Source: Dehalococcoidia bacterium (GTDB taxonomy: Bacteria; Chloroflexota; Dehalococcoidia; Lucifugimonadales; CAZENU01). From it: DNA of 64,000 nucleotides. A program made the translations under genes and the position numbers. The notes under the pieces are model-generated. The model was not told where the DNA came from. It did no database searches and saw only the letters and a list, made by a program, of their open reading frames with translations. The stretch covers positions 702,003 to 766,002 of the forward strand of contig CBDCQW010000003.1 of the NCBI GenBank assembly GCA_965220785.1, in the 5' to 3' direction. Shown here piece after piece: positions 9,038 through 17,038 of the stretch. The first letter of the stretch is position 1, and each line of letters opens with the position of its first letter.

Positions 9038-9970
9038 TTACCGTTCGTATAGCTCTATCGTCTCGGCGACCTGCCCGAAAACTCGCTTGAACTTTTCAAT
9101 TGCGTTATCGATCCAGCGCCGAGTCGCCGCTATCACGGCATCGTCGTCAAAGCAGGTGCGATCAGACAGGTACGCACATATGCGATACGAATTGTCGGAG
9201 TATGGGATGCCCCAATGCAACGGCCCTAACTCCGACTCAATAGATACTCGCTGCTGTGTCAGAGCAGTCAAGACTTCTTGGCGTATCGCTAAGGCTTGGG
9301 CTTCCCGTTCTGTATCTGTGCCCTCATAACGCCCCCTATAGACAGTCTCAATCCATATTCCCACCCCGGCTCTGTCCTGGCCGGGTTCCCACCATTCCCG
9401 CACGCTGATGTCCGCCGAGATTGTACAGTCCGGTTTGTAAGACCAGCTCCTGTGCGACCAGTTCCGGAAAAAAGACCAGGCTGGCTTTGTGGGAAGCTGC
9501 CGCCAGAATACTCTACCAAAGTCCCGTAGCGTCTGAACGAACCACTCCTCTACTTCCATCAAGGCTTTGGGGCTGTCATCAATGGTACAGTTCGGAAGTC
9601 GCACTGATATATGGGACTCTCCGTTGCGTTCTCGCTCCCAAATCAATTCCCCAAGCTCGGATTCAATGTTCCTCTTGTCTTCCAGGATGAAATCGAACAG
9701 CCGATGATTCCGAGCTGCATCGAGGTTGTGAATCACAACCGCAACTCTTGCTTCACGCAAGTCCGGGAGGAATGCAGCCCGATAGTGTACCCACGGGTAG
9801 GTGGCACGGAATTCTAGCCAATGTGCTGGTGTGGGAGTCGGAGGGTTATCGAATCCTTGGCTCTTCAACCGATCTGCAATCTTTAGGAAGAAGCATCTGT
9901 ACCGTGCGTCTTCTTGACGACGGCGGGCTTCATCGTGATGGGCCGGATCCCCTGGCACCATACCGTACAC
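9038..9970 (-). CDS. hypothetical protein with an internal tandem duplication, DUF4268-like
   Basis: Two about 140-aa halves each carry the I-E-S-E-L-G-x-L-x-W block (NIESELGELIWERE and SIESELGPLHWGIP), as in DUF4268. Low G+C. Confidence 0.45.
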   Translation of the reverse strand: MYGMVPGDPAHHDEARRRQEDARYRCFFLKIADRLKSQGFDNPPTPTPAHWLEFRATYPWVHYRAAFLPDLREARVAVVIHNLDAARNHRLFDFILEDKRNIESELGELIWERERNGESHISVRLPNCTIDDSPKALMEVEEWFVQTLRDFGRVFWRQLPTKPAWSFFRNWSHRSWSYKPDCTISADISVREWWEPGQDRAGVGIWIETVYRGRYEGTDTEREAQALAIRQEVLTALTQQRVSIESELGPLHWGIPYSDNSYRICAYLSDRTCFDDDAVIAATRRWIDNAIEKFKRVFGQVAETIELYER

Positions 9971-10042
9971 CTCCTTGGTGTCTCCCTGGGATCAGTTGAG
10001 CTCGTTCACCCGTGCGGAGAGGTCTAGGACAAGGCTCCGAAC

Positions 10043-13000
10043 TCACCGCGCCACCAGCCCCAATATCCCCCCAATCCGCCGCGCCGTGTCCGTGAAGTGC
10101 TGCACCTCCTCCGGCTTCAGCGGCCGGCCCAGGACGGACTGCTCGCGGTACGACAGCCACTTCTTCAGCACCTGGTACCCGCCGAGCTTGTAGCCCCAGA
10201 CGGCGGCGGGCACGTTGCGCCAGTACGCCCGGCCGTTGAGGTGGACGTCGAACGTCGTGTCGCCGAGCGCGGAAACGACGTCGCCCAGCGCCGTATGCTC
10301 CACCGACGTGTACGGGCGCTCGTCGACCCGCCCCTGCCCCGGCATCACCGCCTCGCCCTGACCGAAGTGGCCCCAGCCCGCCGTCAGCGCGAAGTCGCCG
10401 CCCGCCATGTTGCCGCCGTCCGTCGTCGACGGCACGGCGACCTTGGCGGCCTCGGGCCGCGGCGCCCCCGTCGTGACCCCGGGTACCGGCGTGTCCGAGT
10501 CGAGCAGCGCGGCCAGCTCCCGGCCCCGCGCGGCCGACGCGGCGAGGGCGTCCGACGCCCCGTCCTCGTCACCGTCCGGCCAGCCCGGAAGCGGGATGCG
10601 CGGCCACTCCATCCGCAGCGCTCCGGCGTTCGCCTCCCGGTACGCGGGATCGTGCAGCACCGCGAGCACGTGGTGGAACAGGTCCTCCACGCCGGCGCCT
10701 AAGTGCTCCAGATAGTTCTGGGTGGCTTCTGATAAGTTAGGACGTCGGCCAAGATGGTCGCCGTGGGGGTCCATGGCGCCGGCTTGAAGCCAAGCGGGGA
10801 CGCAAGTGGCGCCACGATCCATAAGGTCAAGGCACCCCATGTGTGCGATGACCTGCGGCGGTGACCACTCCCTACGCGGTTTCTGCTGGGTAACCAGCCA
10901 CTGACTCCTTTCGAAGACGTGCGGCTTATAGTCGGGTCGCGGCCGATCAAGCAATTCGCCATCCGGTTCCCAATAGAGCCACCGCGTATCGAATGGCCGG
11001 TAGCTGTATTGGATGAAGCCAGCTTCCTCGGGTCCACTTCTCTCAGTCTCGCCGGACTTGAAATAGGTTGAGAGACGCGCCTTAAGTCGATCGAGATCGA
11101 TGTCGACCAGGAACGAGTCACGGCTTGTCTTGACTCCTGGAAACGACATCGGAAAGAGATCAGGCAACGACGGCCAGTCGGACCATTCGTCGCTTACCGC
11201 CATCCGCGTGAACGGCAGGCCCAGCGGCAGATTCGGTTCGAAGCCGTCGTAGAGCGCGTCTGGCTCCGCGTGCGCCGTCGCCATCAGGTGCTCGCGCTTC
11301 GTCTGGCCCCATAAGTGGCGGAAGCCGACGGTCTTGGCCGGCACGTGGTCGTCCTTGCGCACCAGCGTGGCGATCGCAGTACCGACTTGGATGCTAACTG
11401 GCTTCTCGGGCGTCGAGAAGATGCTCGGGTCCGGATCGCCGTCCGGCGTCTTTTTCCCCGTCTTGTACTTGTCGCCGTTGAGACAGTCGATGCGGATCGC
11501 GTCGAACGCCTCCAGGTACCGTTCCCTCATGCCCGTGAACGACAGTCCGTCCAGCCACGAGTAGTTCGATATGAAGCACACGACGCCCCTGCCCGTCTTC
11601 TCGGCGATCCGCCGCTCGGCCATGCGGAAGAACCGCACGTACAGGTCGTTCAGGCCCTGACCCTCAGGCCTACGTACACGCTTTATCGTCCGATAGGCTG
11701 TCGAAAGCTCGCGCTCTTCGTCCACAGCCATGCCGGCGAACCCGTTATAGGGCGGATTGCCAAGTATCACAAGGACTGGTGCCTCCTGCTTCACACGCTC
11801 GGCGCGGTCGCGCTCCTCCTCCAGTTCTGGGAATGGGATCGTCTTCTTCTCCTTCGGCTCCCAGCCGGTGAGGGCATTTGTCATGAATATCCCCGCCCGC
11901 TCGTCCGCGTCCTCGGTCAGCGGCGCGTCGAGGTCCTGCATCGTCAGCCCGACCTGCAGGTGGGCGACGACGAATGGCGCGGGCATGATCTCGAAGCCGA
12001 AGACGCGCTCGGTCGCCGCCTGCTTCACACGCGCCCCCGTCAACGCCCCCAGGCCGCGTCCCTCCAGGTTCGCGGCGATGCGCCGCAGCACCTCCGACAG
12101 GTACGCGCCCGTGCCGCAGCACGGGTCCAGCACGTACACGTTCTTGGCCGCCAGCCCGTCGGCGATGCCCAGGTCGTCTTTCAGCGCACGGTCGACGCGG
12201 GCCACCATGTAGCGCACCACCTCGACCGGCGTGTACCAGACGCCGAGCTGCTTGCGCAGCGCCGGATCGAACGCCTCCAGGAACGGCTCGTAGAAGTACG
12301 GGACCGCCTCGCCCTCGCTGAATCGGTCGAAGAAGGCCCCGCGCTCCACCCGGTCCAACGCCGCCGCCGTCCAGTCCAGCACCTCGACCAGCCCCAGCGG
12401 CTGTAGCCGGCCGGGGTCCGATAGCTGCTGGAACAGCGCCCGCAGCACCGGCGCGCGGAGATGCCAGACCGCGGTGCGCCAGTCGAACGCGCCTACGGGC
12501 GGCGGCGTCTGACGGGCCCACAGCACCCACGCCGAGAAGACGCCGTAGAAGAGTGTCTGAACCAGCGTCGACCGGAAGAACGCCGCGCCGCGCTCGCCCT
12601 CGAAGCGGACTCCGAGCGCCTCCTCCAGGGCGGAGCGCACGGCGGCGAGGGACGGCGCGTCACCGGCGGCCTCCACGCGCGCCAGCCCGTCGCGGGCGTA
12701 GGACGCCATGAGCCAGGCCAAATCCCGTGGCTCGGCGAGCGAGGCGCGGTGGGACAGCGCGCGGCAGAGGTACTCGCCGAGGCCGGCGCCGACGTCGCCG
12801 GCGAAGTCGCGAGGCGTCTCCAGCCGCGACTCGAACTGCTCAGCGGACTCGGCCAGCCGGAACGTCTCCAGCTTCGCGGGCCCGCCCGCCGCGTCCTCCC
12901 CGAGCAGCACGAAGTCGCGGGTGTTCGTCACCAGCACGAGCCCGTACCTGCCCCAATAGCGGCTCACCTGGTCGCCGGACGCCGTCAGCCACGCGTCGTC

Positions 13001-13303
13001 GTCGACCGGCTTGACCTCCACGACGCCGCGCTCCGGGGTCTGCCCCTCGCGCAGCCTGCCCCGCTGCGTCTGCCGCGCGGCGTAGAGCCCGAGGTCGGGA
13101 TGGCCCGCCCCCTGCTCCGCCAGCTCGCTGACGCAGTAGACCTTGGGCTTCAGCGTAGCGCCCACGGCGTTCAGCAGGTTCGTCAGCGGAGGGTAGTACG
13201 ACCGCTCGCCGGTCGCCCCGCCGGATGCCCGGATGCGCCGCAGGTCGCCAAGATAGCTCTCGACGGCCGCGGTCAGCCTCTCCCGTGTCCCTGCCATGTC
13301 CAT
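10043..13303 (-). CDS. Fused restriction-modification enzyme: N-terminal PD-(D/E)xK nuclease-like region + N6-adenine DNA methyltransferase + type ISP-like C-terminal domain (type IIG/IIL-like)
   Basis: GHPDLGLY...VVEVKP (PD..ExK). SAM motif I VLDPCCGTGAYL and motif IV LGNPPYNG. C-terminal WGYKLGGYQVLKKWLSYRE is typical of type ISP / MmeI-like enzymes. No helicase domain. Start set at MDMAGTRE; the track start at 13423 is an extension. Confidence 0.8.
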   Translation of the reverse strand: MDMAGTRERLTAAVESYLGDLRRIRASGGATGERSYYPPLTNLLNAVGATLKPKVYCVSELAEQGAGHPDLGLYAARQTQRGRLREGQTPERGVVEVKPVDDDAWLTASGDQVSRYWGRYGLVLVTNTRDFVLLGEDAAGGPAKLETFRLAESAEQFESRLETPRDFAGDVGAGLGEYLCRALSHRASLAEPRDLAWLMASYARDGLARVEAAGDAPSLAAVRSALEEALGVRFEGERGAAFFRSTLVQTLFYGVFSAWVLWARQTPPPVGAFDWRTAVWHLRAPVLRALFQQLSDPGRLQPLGLVEVLDWTAAALDRVERGAFFDRFSEGEAVPYFYEPFLEAFDPALRKQLGVWYTPVEVVRYMVARVDRALKDDLGIADGLAAKNVYVLDPCCGTGAYLSEVLRRIAANLEGRGLGALTGARVKQAATERVFGFEIMPAPFVVAHLQVGLTMQDLDAPLTEDADERAGIFMTNALTGWEPKEKKTIPFPELEEERDRAERVKQEAPVLVILGNPPYNGFAGMAVDEERELSTAYRTIKRVRRPEGQGLNDLYVRFFRMAERRIAEKTGRGVVCFISNYSWLDGLSFTGMRERYLEAFDAIRIDCLNGDKYKTGKKTPDGDPDPSIFSTPEKPVSIQVGTAIATLVRKDDHVPAKTVGFRHLWGQTKREHLMATAHAEPDALYDGFEPNLPLGLPFTRMAVSDEWSDWPSLPDLFPMSFPGVKTSRDSFLVDIDLDRLKARLSTYFKSGETERSGPEEAGFIQYSYRPFDTRWLYWEPDGELLDRPRPDYKPHVFERSQWLVTQQKPRREWSPPQVIAHMGCLDLMDRGATCVPAWLQAGAMDPHGDHLGRRPNLSEATQNYLEHLGAGVEDLFHHVLAVLHDPAYREANAGALRMEWPRIPLPGWPDGDEDGASDALAASAARGRELAALLDSDTPVPGVTTGAPRPEAAKVAVPSTTDGGNMAGGDFALTAGWGHFGQGEAVMPGQGRVDERPYTSVEHTALGDVVSALGDTTFDVHLNGRAYWRNVPAAVWGYKLGGYQVLKKWLSYREQSVLGRPLKPEEVQHFTDTARRIGGILGLVAR

Positions 13304-13461
13304 ACTGTACCCCAGCAGAGGCAACGGCATGAAGGGGAAATCACCCGATGCGACGCTCAGCCGCCGCTTCGTCAGCTCGTCCCCTGGCGCCGTGAGCACC
13401 GTCAGGGCGACGGCCGGGTCCACCCGTCAGGGCCGCGCTGCGCAGGCGCGGGGTCCCGAAG

Positions 13462-13602
13462 CCGACGGAGCCCTATATCGTGGGCGATCTGACCATCGAC
13501 TATGACGAGCGCCTGGTGAGCCTTGCCGGTCGTCCAGTCGAGCTGACCGCCATCGAGTACCGGACGCTGGCCGAACTTTCGGCCAACGCCGGGCGTCGGG
13601 CG
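13462..13602 (+). pseudogene. stranded fragment of an OmpR/PhoB-type response regulator (winged-helix part only)
   Basis: EPYIVGDLTIDYDERLVSLAGRPVELTAIEYRTLAELSANAGR is the start of a Trans_reg_C domain. There is no receiver domain upstream, and the sequence diverges before the recognition helix. Confidence 0.7.
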
Positions 13603-13634
13603 ACCCTCGCCGGGAGGCTCAAGGCGTACAGGTG

Positions 13635-13640
13635 TATAAT
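13635..13640 (+). promoter_or_regulatory. perfect TATAAT -10 box 31 nt upstream of the ATPase start
   Basis: GGTGTATAATCAG. No good -35 seen. Confidence 0.3.
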
Positions 13641-13670
13641 CAGCAAGAATCCAGTACAAGGCGGCGAGCG

Positions 13671-14861
13671 ATGAACGCGCTAAGAGGAAATACGCCCCTT
13701 CGAAACATAACCTTGAAGAATCTCTTGTCGTTCGGCCCCGAGGGTCTGAGCCTGGATCTTGAGCCCCTCAACGTGCTGATAGGTCCGAACGGGTCCGGCA
13801 AGTCCAATTTGCTTGACGGAATTGAACTCTTGAAGTCAGCCCCCGTTCGGGTTACTGACCCTATTGCCAACGGAGGCGGTATCCGCAATTGGATTTGGGG
13901 AAGACAGCCCGGCCCCACTGCCTGGGTTGAGACCATCATGGAAAATCCCAATGACGGTCGACATTTCCTCCGCCACAAGATCGAATTCAGAGAGTTCGAA
14001 CAGGCCTTTCGGTTGGTGGATGAGAGGGTCGAGAACGAGTTCCCGGACTTAGGACACGAAGACCCCTTTTTTTTCTACAGATTCCAAGATGGCCGACCAG
14101 CACTGGCGGTCAAGGGTGAAGATAACCGCAGGCCGCTTCAGAGAGAGGATGTAGCTGACGACGAGTCCATACTCTCGCAGCGAAAGGAACCGGATCAATA
14201 CCCGGAGCTGGCCCATCTGAGCAGTTTGTACGAGGGCATGAGGCTTTATCGCGACTGGGGTTTTGGACGGAAGGCTCCCTTTCGTCAGCCCCAGAGTACC
14301 GATGTCCGTCCGACTCCTCTCAGGGAGGATTTTTCCAATCTTGGCATGTTCTTGAATCGTATCCGGCAAAACCCTAGAACCAAGTCGAGACTCATCGATC
14401 GTCTGACCGATGCTTACGAAGGGCTGAACGACTTTGAACTAAACTTCGAAGGAGGCTCCGTTCAGGTGTTCTTCAGCGAAGGCGATCTCGCCGTACCGGC
14501 AACGCGATTGTCGGACGGCAGCATGAAATACCTGTGTCTCCTGGCGATTCTGCTGAACCCGAATCCACCGCCAATTGTGTGTATAGAGGAGCCGGAGATG
14601 GGTATGCACCCTGACCTGCTGCCGAAAATTGCCGACCTCTTGGTCGAGGCGTCACAGCAGTGCCAACTGATAGTCACTACGCACTCGGATATTCTAGTTA
14701 ACGCACTAACCGACCGGCCCGCTTCGATAGTCGTGTGCGAAAAGCATGACGGCAAAACCTCGATGACCCGCCTTGACCCGGGGGACTTGTCGAGCTGGCT
14801 GGCAGAATACCGCCTAGGTGAACTGTGGACCAAAGGCCAGCTCGGGGGTGTCAGGTGGTGA
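13671..14861 (+). CDS. ABC-type (AAA_21/OLD-like) ATPase
   Basis: Walker A GPNGSGKSN, signature-like LSDGSMKYL, Walker B IVCIEEPEMGMHP and H-loop VTTHS. Start at MNALRGN. Confidence 0.85.
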   Translation: MNALRGNTPLRNITLKNLLSFGPEGLSLDLEPLNVLIGPNGSGKSNLLDGIELLKSAPVRVTDPIANGGGIRNWIWGRQPGPTAWVETIMENPNDGRHFLRHKIEFREFEQAFRLVDERVENEFPDLGHEDPFFFYRFQDGRPALAVKGEDNRRPLQREDVADDESILSQRKEPDQYPELAHLSSLYEGMRLYRDWGFGRKAPFRQPQSTDVRPTPLREDFSNLGMFLNRIRQNPRTKSRLIDRLTDAYEGLNDFELNFEGGSVQVFFSEGDLAVPATRLSDGSMKYLCLLAILLNPNPPPIVCIEEPEMGMHPDLLPKIADLLVEASQQCQLIVTTHSDILVNALTDRPASIVVCEKHDGKTSMTRLDPGDLSSWLAEYRLGELWTKGQLGGVRW

Positions 14862-15454
14862 AGGCGCGCATTTTTCTGGAGGGTGGGGGAGGAAAGGATC
14901 TAGATTCCAGATGCAGGGAGGGTTTCAACAAGCTTTTGAAAAAATGTGGCTTTGAAGGCCGGATGCCTAAGCTGACTGCCAGCGGGGACAGGAATTCCGC
15001 TTACAAGGGCTTCAAGTCCGCCCACGCGAGTGCGTCCAGCCAAGACTATATCGCAATGCTGGTAGACAGCGAGGACCCGGTCAAGGACGTCTACTCTCCC
15101 TGGGCGCACCTGGTCGAGAGAGAAGGTTGGAACGTGCCGCCGGGTGCCACGGACGAGCAGGTGCTGCTGATGGCGACTTGCATGGAAACCTGGATAGTCG
15201 CGGACGGGAGGGCCTTGGCCGCCCACTACGGCCAGTGTCTGCAGAGGTCCGCCCTGCCAGCGGTTAACAACCTGGAATCCAAAGATACGAAGACGGTTCA
15301 GGACAGTTTATTCCGCGCGACAAGGAACTGCACCGGCCCATACGAGAAGGGAAAGAAGTCTTACGAACTGCTGGGACAGATCAACCCCGCCGCCATCGAC
15401 CCCCTGCTGCCCAGCTTCAAGAGGGCACGGGACATATTGGTCTCAAAACTGTGA
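14858..15454 (+). CDS. DUF4276 family protein (Toprim-like E...DxD pattern)
   Basis: The GTG start overlaps the ATPase stop (GTGA). RIFLEGGGGKD near the N-terminus and MLVDSEDP later. Overall resemblance to DUF4276 proteins, which are routinely paired with AAA_21 ATPases. Confidence 0.7.
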   Translation: MKARIFLEGGGGKDLDSRCREGFNKLLKKCGFEGRMPKLTASGDRNSAYKGFKSAHASASSQDYIAMLVDSEDPVKDVYSPWAHLVEREGWNVPPGATDEQVLLMATCMETWIVADGRALAAHYGQCLQRSALPAVNNLESKDTKTVQDSLFRATRNCTGPYEKGKKSYELLGQINPAAIDPLLPSFKRARDILVSKL

Positions 15455-15854
15455 ACCGGCTACTTTCACTGCGACATCCGGAAGGATCCCGCGGCACGGG
15501 CAGGTTGTTCCGTCCGGCCACGCAAATGACATTAGGAGCGGTGGCCTTTTCGACATAGGCCGTGCCCGGCCCGTACGGAGAAATCGCTCCATCGTTGTCG
15601 CCGACCCCGTGCCAGACGGTAGCCCGGGTGTCACCTCCCGGCATATTCCTACGTTCGTCCGGCTGTCTGACGGGACGGAAGGCCGCCGTCGGGTCGTGCG
15701 TCGGCGACTCCGTCAGCCTGCTCGATGGACTGATCACCGGCGCGAACCCGGCGACGGTGATCTCGGTGGACACCTGTCCGAAGTCGTCAAAACTGCCGCG
15801 ACCTTCGGAGACTTCAGCCCACCGCGGACGGTCGCACGGGTGAAGCATCTGCAC
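15417..15854 (-). CDS. hypothetical protein (uncertain)
   Basis: 145-aa ORF convergent with and slightly overlapping the DUF4276 gene. No family recognised. Confidence 0.3.
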   Translation of the reverse strand: MQMLHPCDRPRWAEVSEGRGSFDDFGQVSTEITVAGFAPVISPSSRLTESPTHDPTAAFRPVRQPDERRNMPGGDTRATVWHGVGDNDGAISPYGPGTAYVEKATAPNVICVAGRNNLPVPRDPSGCRSESSRFTVLRPICPVPS

Positions 15855-15924
15855 GATAATTTCCCCTTTCAGATAGGAAACGGTCGTATCCCGTCGTGGT
15901 TTTTCCCTAAATTGTTCCCCTAGG

Positions 15925-16338
15925 CTAGGGAAGAAATATGCCGAGTAACTGCGGGGCTCTGCAAGCGTAAGCGGGCTGAATCGGAGGGATGGCGTCTAAT
16001 GTCACCGCCGGTGTAAGAATGACCCAGTAGCGCCGGAATGGAATTGACCCACCCCTTACGACAGCGATGGCGGCAACTACGACGATGGCCAGTGCGACGA
16101 CGTATCCCATGAACATGCCCAGCCGTCGTCGGCTTGAGGCTTCCCTCTCGAGGTTACGCCGGTGCTCAGACTCCGTTTCGACATTCTTGAATATCCGATC
16201 GGCGGCGCCTGGAAGAGTCTTCTCGTAAGCCTCGAGCGCTGCGGGCGGTGGCAGAGGACCGCTCCAACTGGCAGAGACGATGGAAGTACGAACTTCTCGC
16301 TCGTCGCTATCCTCGGACCGGTTCTCGATCTCTGCCAT
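15925..16338 (-). CDS. DUF2335 domain membrane protein
   Basis: SWSGPLPPPAALEAYEKTLPGAADRIFKNVETESEHRR is the DUF2335 signature, followed by a transmembrane segment. Confidence 0.75.
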   Translation of the reverse strand: MAEIENRSEDSDEREVRTSIVSASWSGPLPPPAALEAYEKTLPGAADRIFKNVETESEHRRNLEREASSRRRLGMFMGYVVALAIVVVAAIAVVRGGSIPFRRYWVILTPAVTLDAIPPIQPAYACRAPQLLGIFLP

Positions 16339-16552
16339 CGGACTCTGTCTCGCTCAGGATGTCCAAGTCGTGCTCTTCCTCAAAGGCGACCATCGCCTGC
16401 CGCAAGCTCTCTCCGAACAGCTCCCAGTCCCGGCGAATGGAATCCAGATCGGCTTGAAGGGCTTCAGCAGCAGTCGAATGCTGTTTGCAATACTTGTCGA
16501 AGAAGTAGTCAGAGATATCGAACGGCGCGAAGAAGCGGGTCCGAGAGGTCAT
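16307..16552 (-). CDS. hypothetical small protein
   Basis: 81-aa ORF immediately upstream of, and overlapping, the DUF2335 gene. Confidence 0.4.
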   Translation of the reverse strand: MTSRTRFFAPFDISDYFFDKYCKQHSTAAEALQADLDSIRRDWELFGESLRQAMVAFEEEHDLDILSETESDGRDREPVRG

Positions 16553-16721
16553 GGAGTTCTCCCCTGCTTACATGGCCTGTCCGAGGCGGGGCCGGATTGT
16601 AAGCCGACGTAGCATAGCCTGTCAAGGCGGAGCGCAGCCACCGCTACCAGCATACCACAGCGGCCAGCTTGGCTAACCGGGGCACCGGAGAATGGTGATG
16701 GACCAAGACCCGTGCGACCTC

Positions 16722-16961
16722 TGGACAATAGCCGTACATCTGTGCTATTCTTCCCGCGTGACAACCGCACCCATCCCCCAACTACCCACTATCCACCATC
16801 CACTATGAAACACCCCTGTCCCAAAATGTCCCATTTTGTTCCGCCCTGTTCCACCTCAGATACGAACCGTGGAACACCTGGTGTTCCATTTTTCGGCAAA
16901 GTGTTCCACCGCCCAGATAGGAATGGAACACTTTGGAACACAATGGAACAGTTCACACGGA
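16722..16961 (+). repeat. TGGAACA-hairpin element, copy B (candidate sRNA gene)
   Basis: TGGACA (16722-16727)-N18-TATTCT (16746-16751), then a core near-identical to copy C. Contains a small internal duplication (TGTCCCAAAATGTCCCATTTT). Confidence 0.9.
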
Positions 16962-17038
16962 ATCGACTCCGGGCCAGGCGCTCCCCAACACGTGAGACCC
17001 CTGCGTAACCGCCCGCGTTCCCGCGCCGCCTCGACGCG

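Noticed and set aside
6150-16722. Search for an integrase, recombinase, transposase or tRNA boundary that would define the island as a classical integrative element
   Set aside because: None found in any frame. The island is therefore described only as a mosaic accessory region bracketed by the repeat element.
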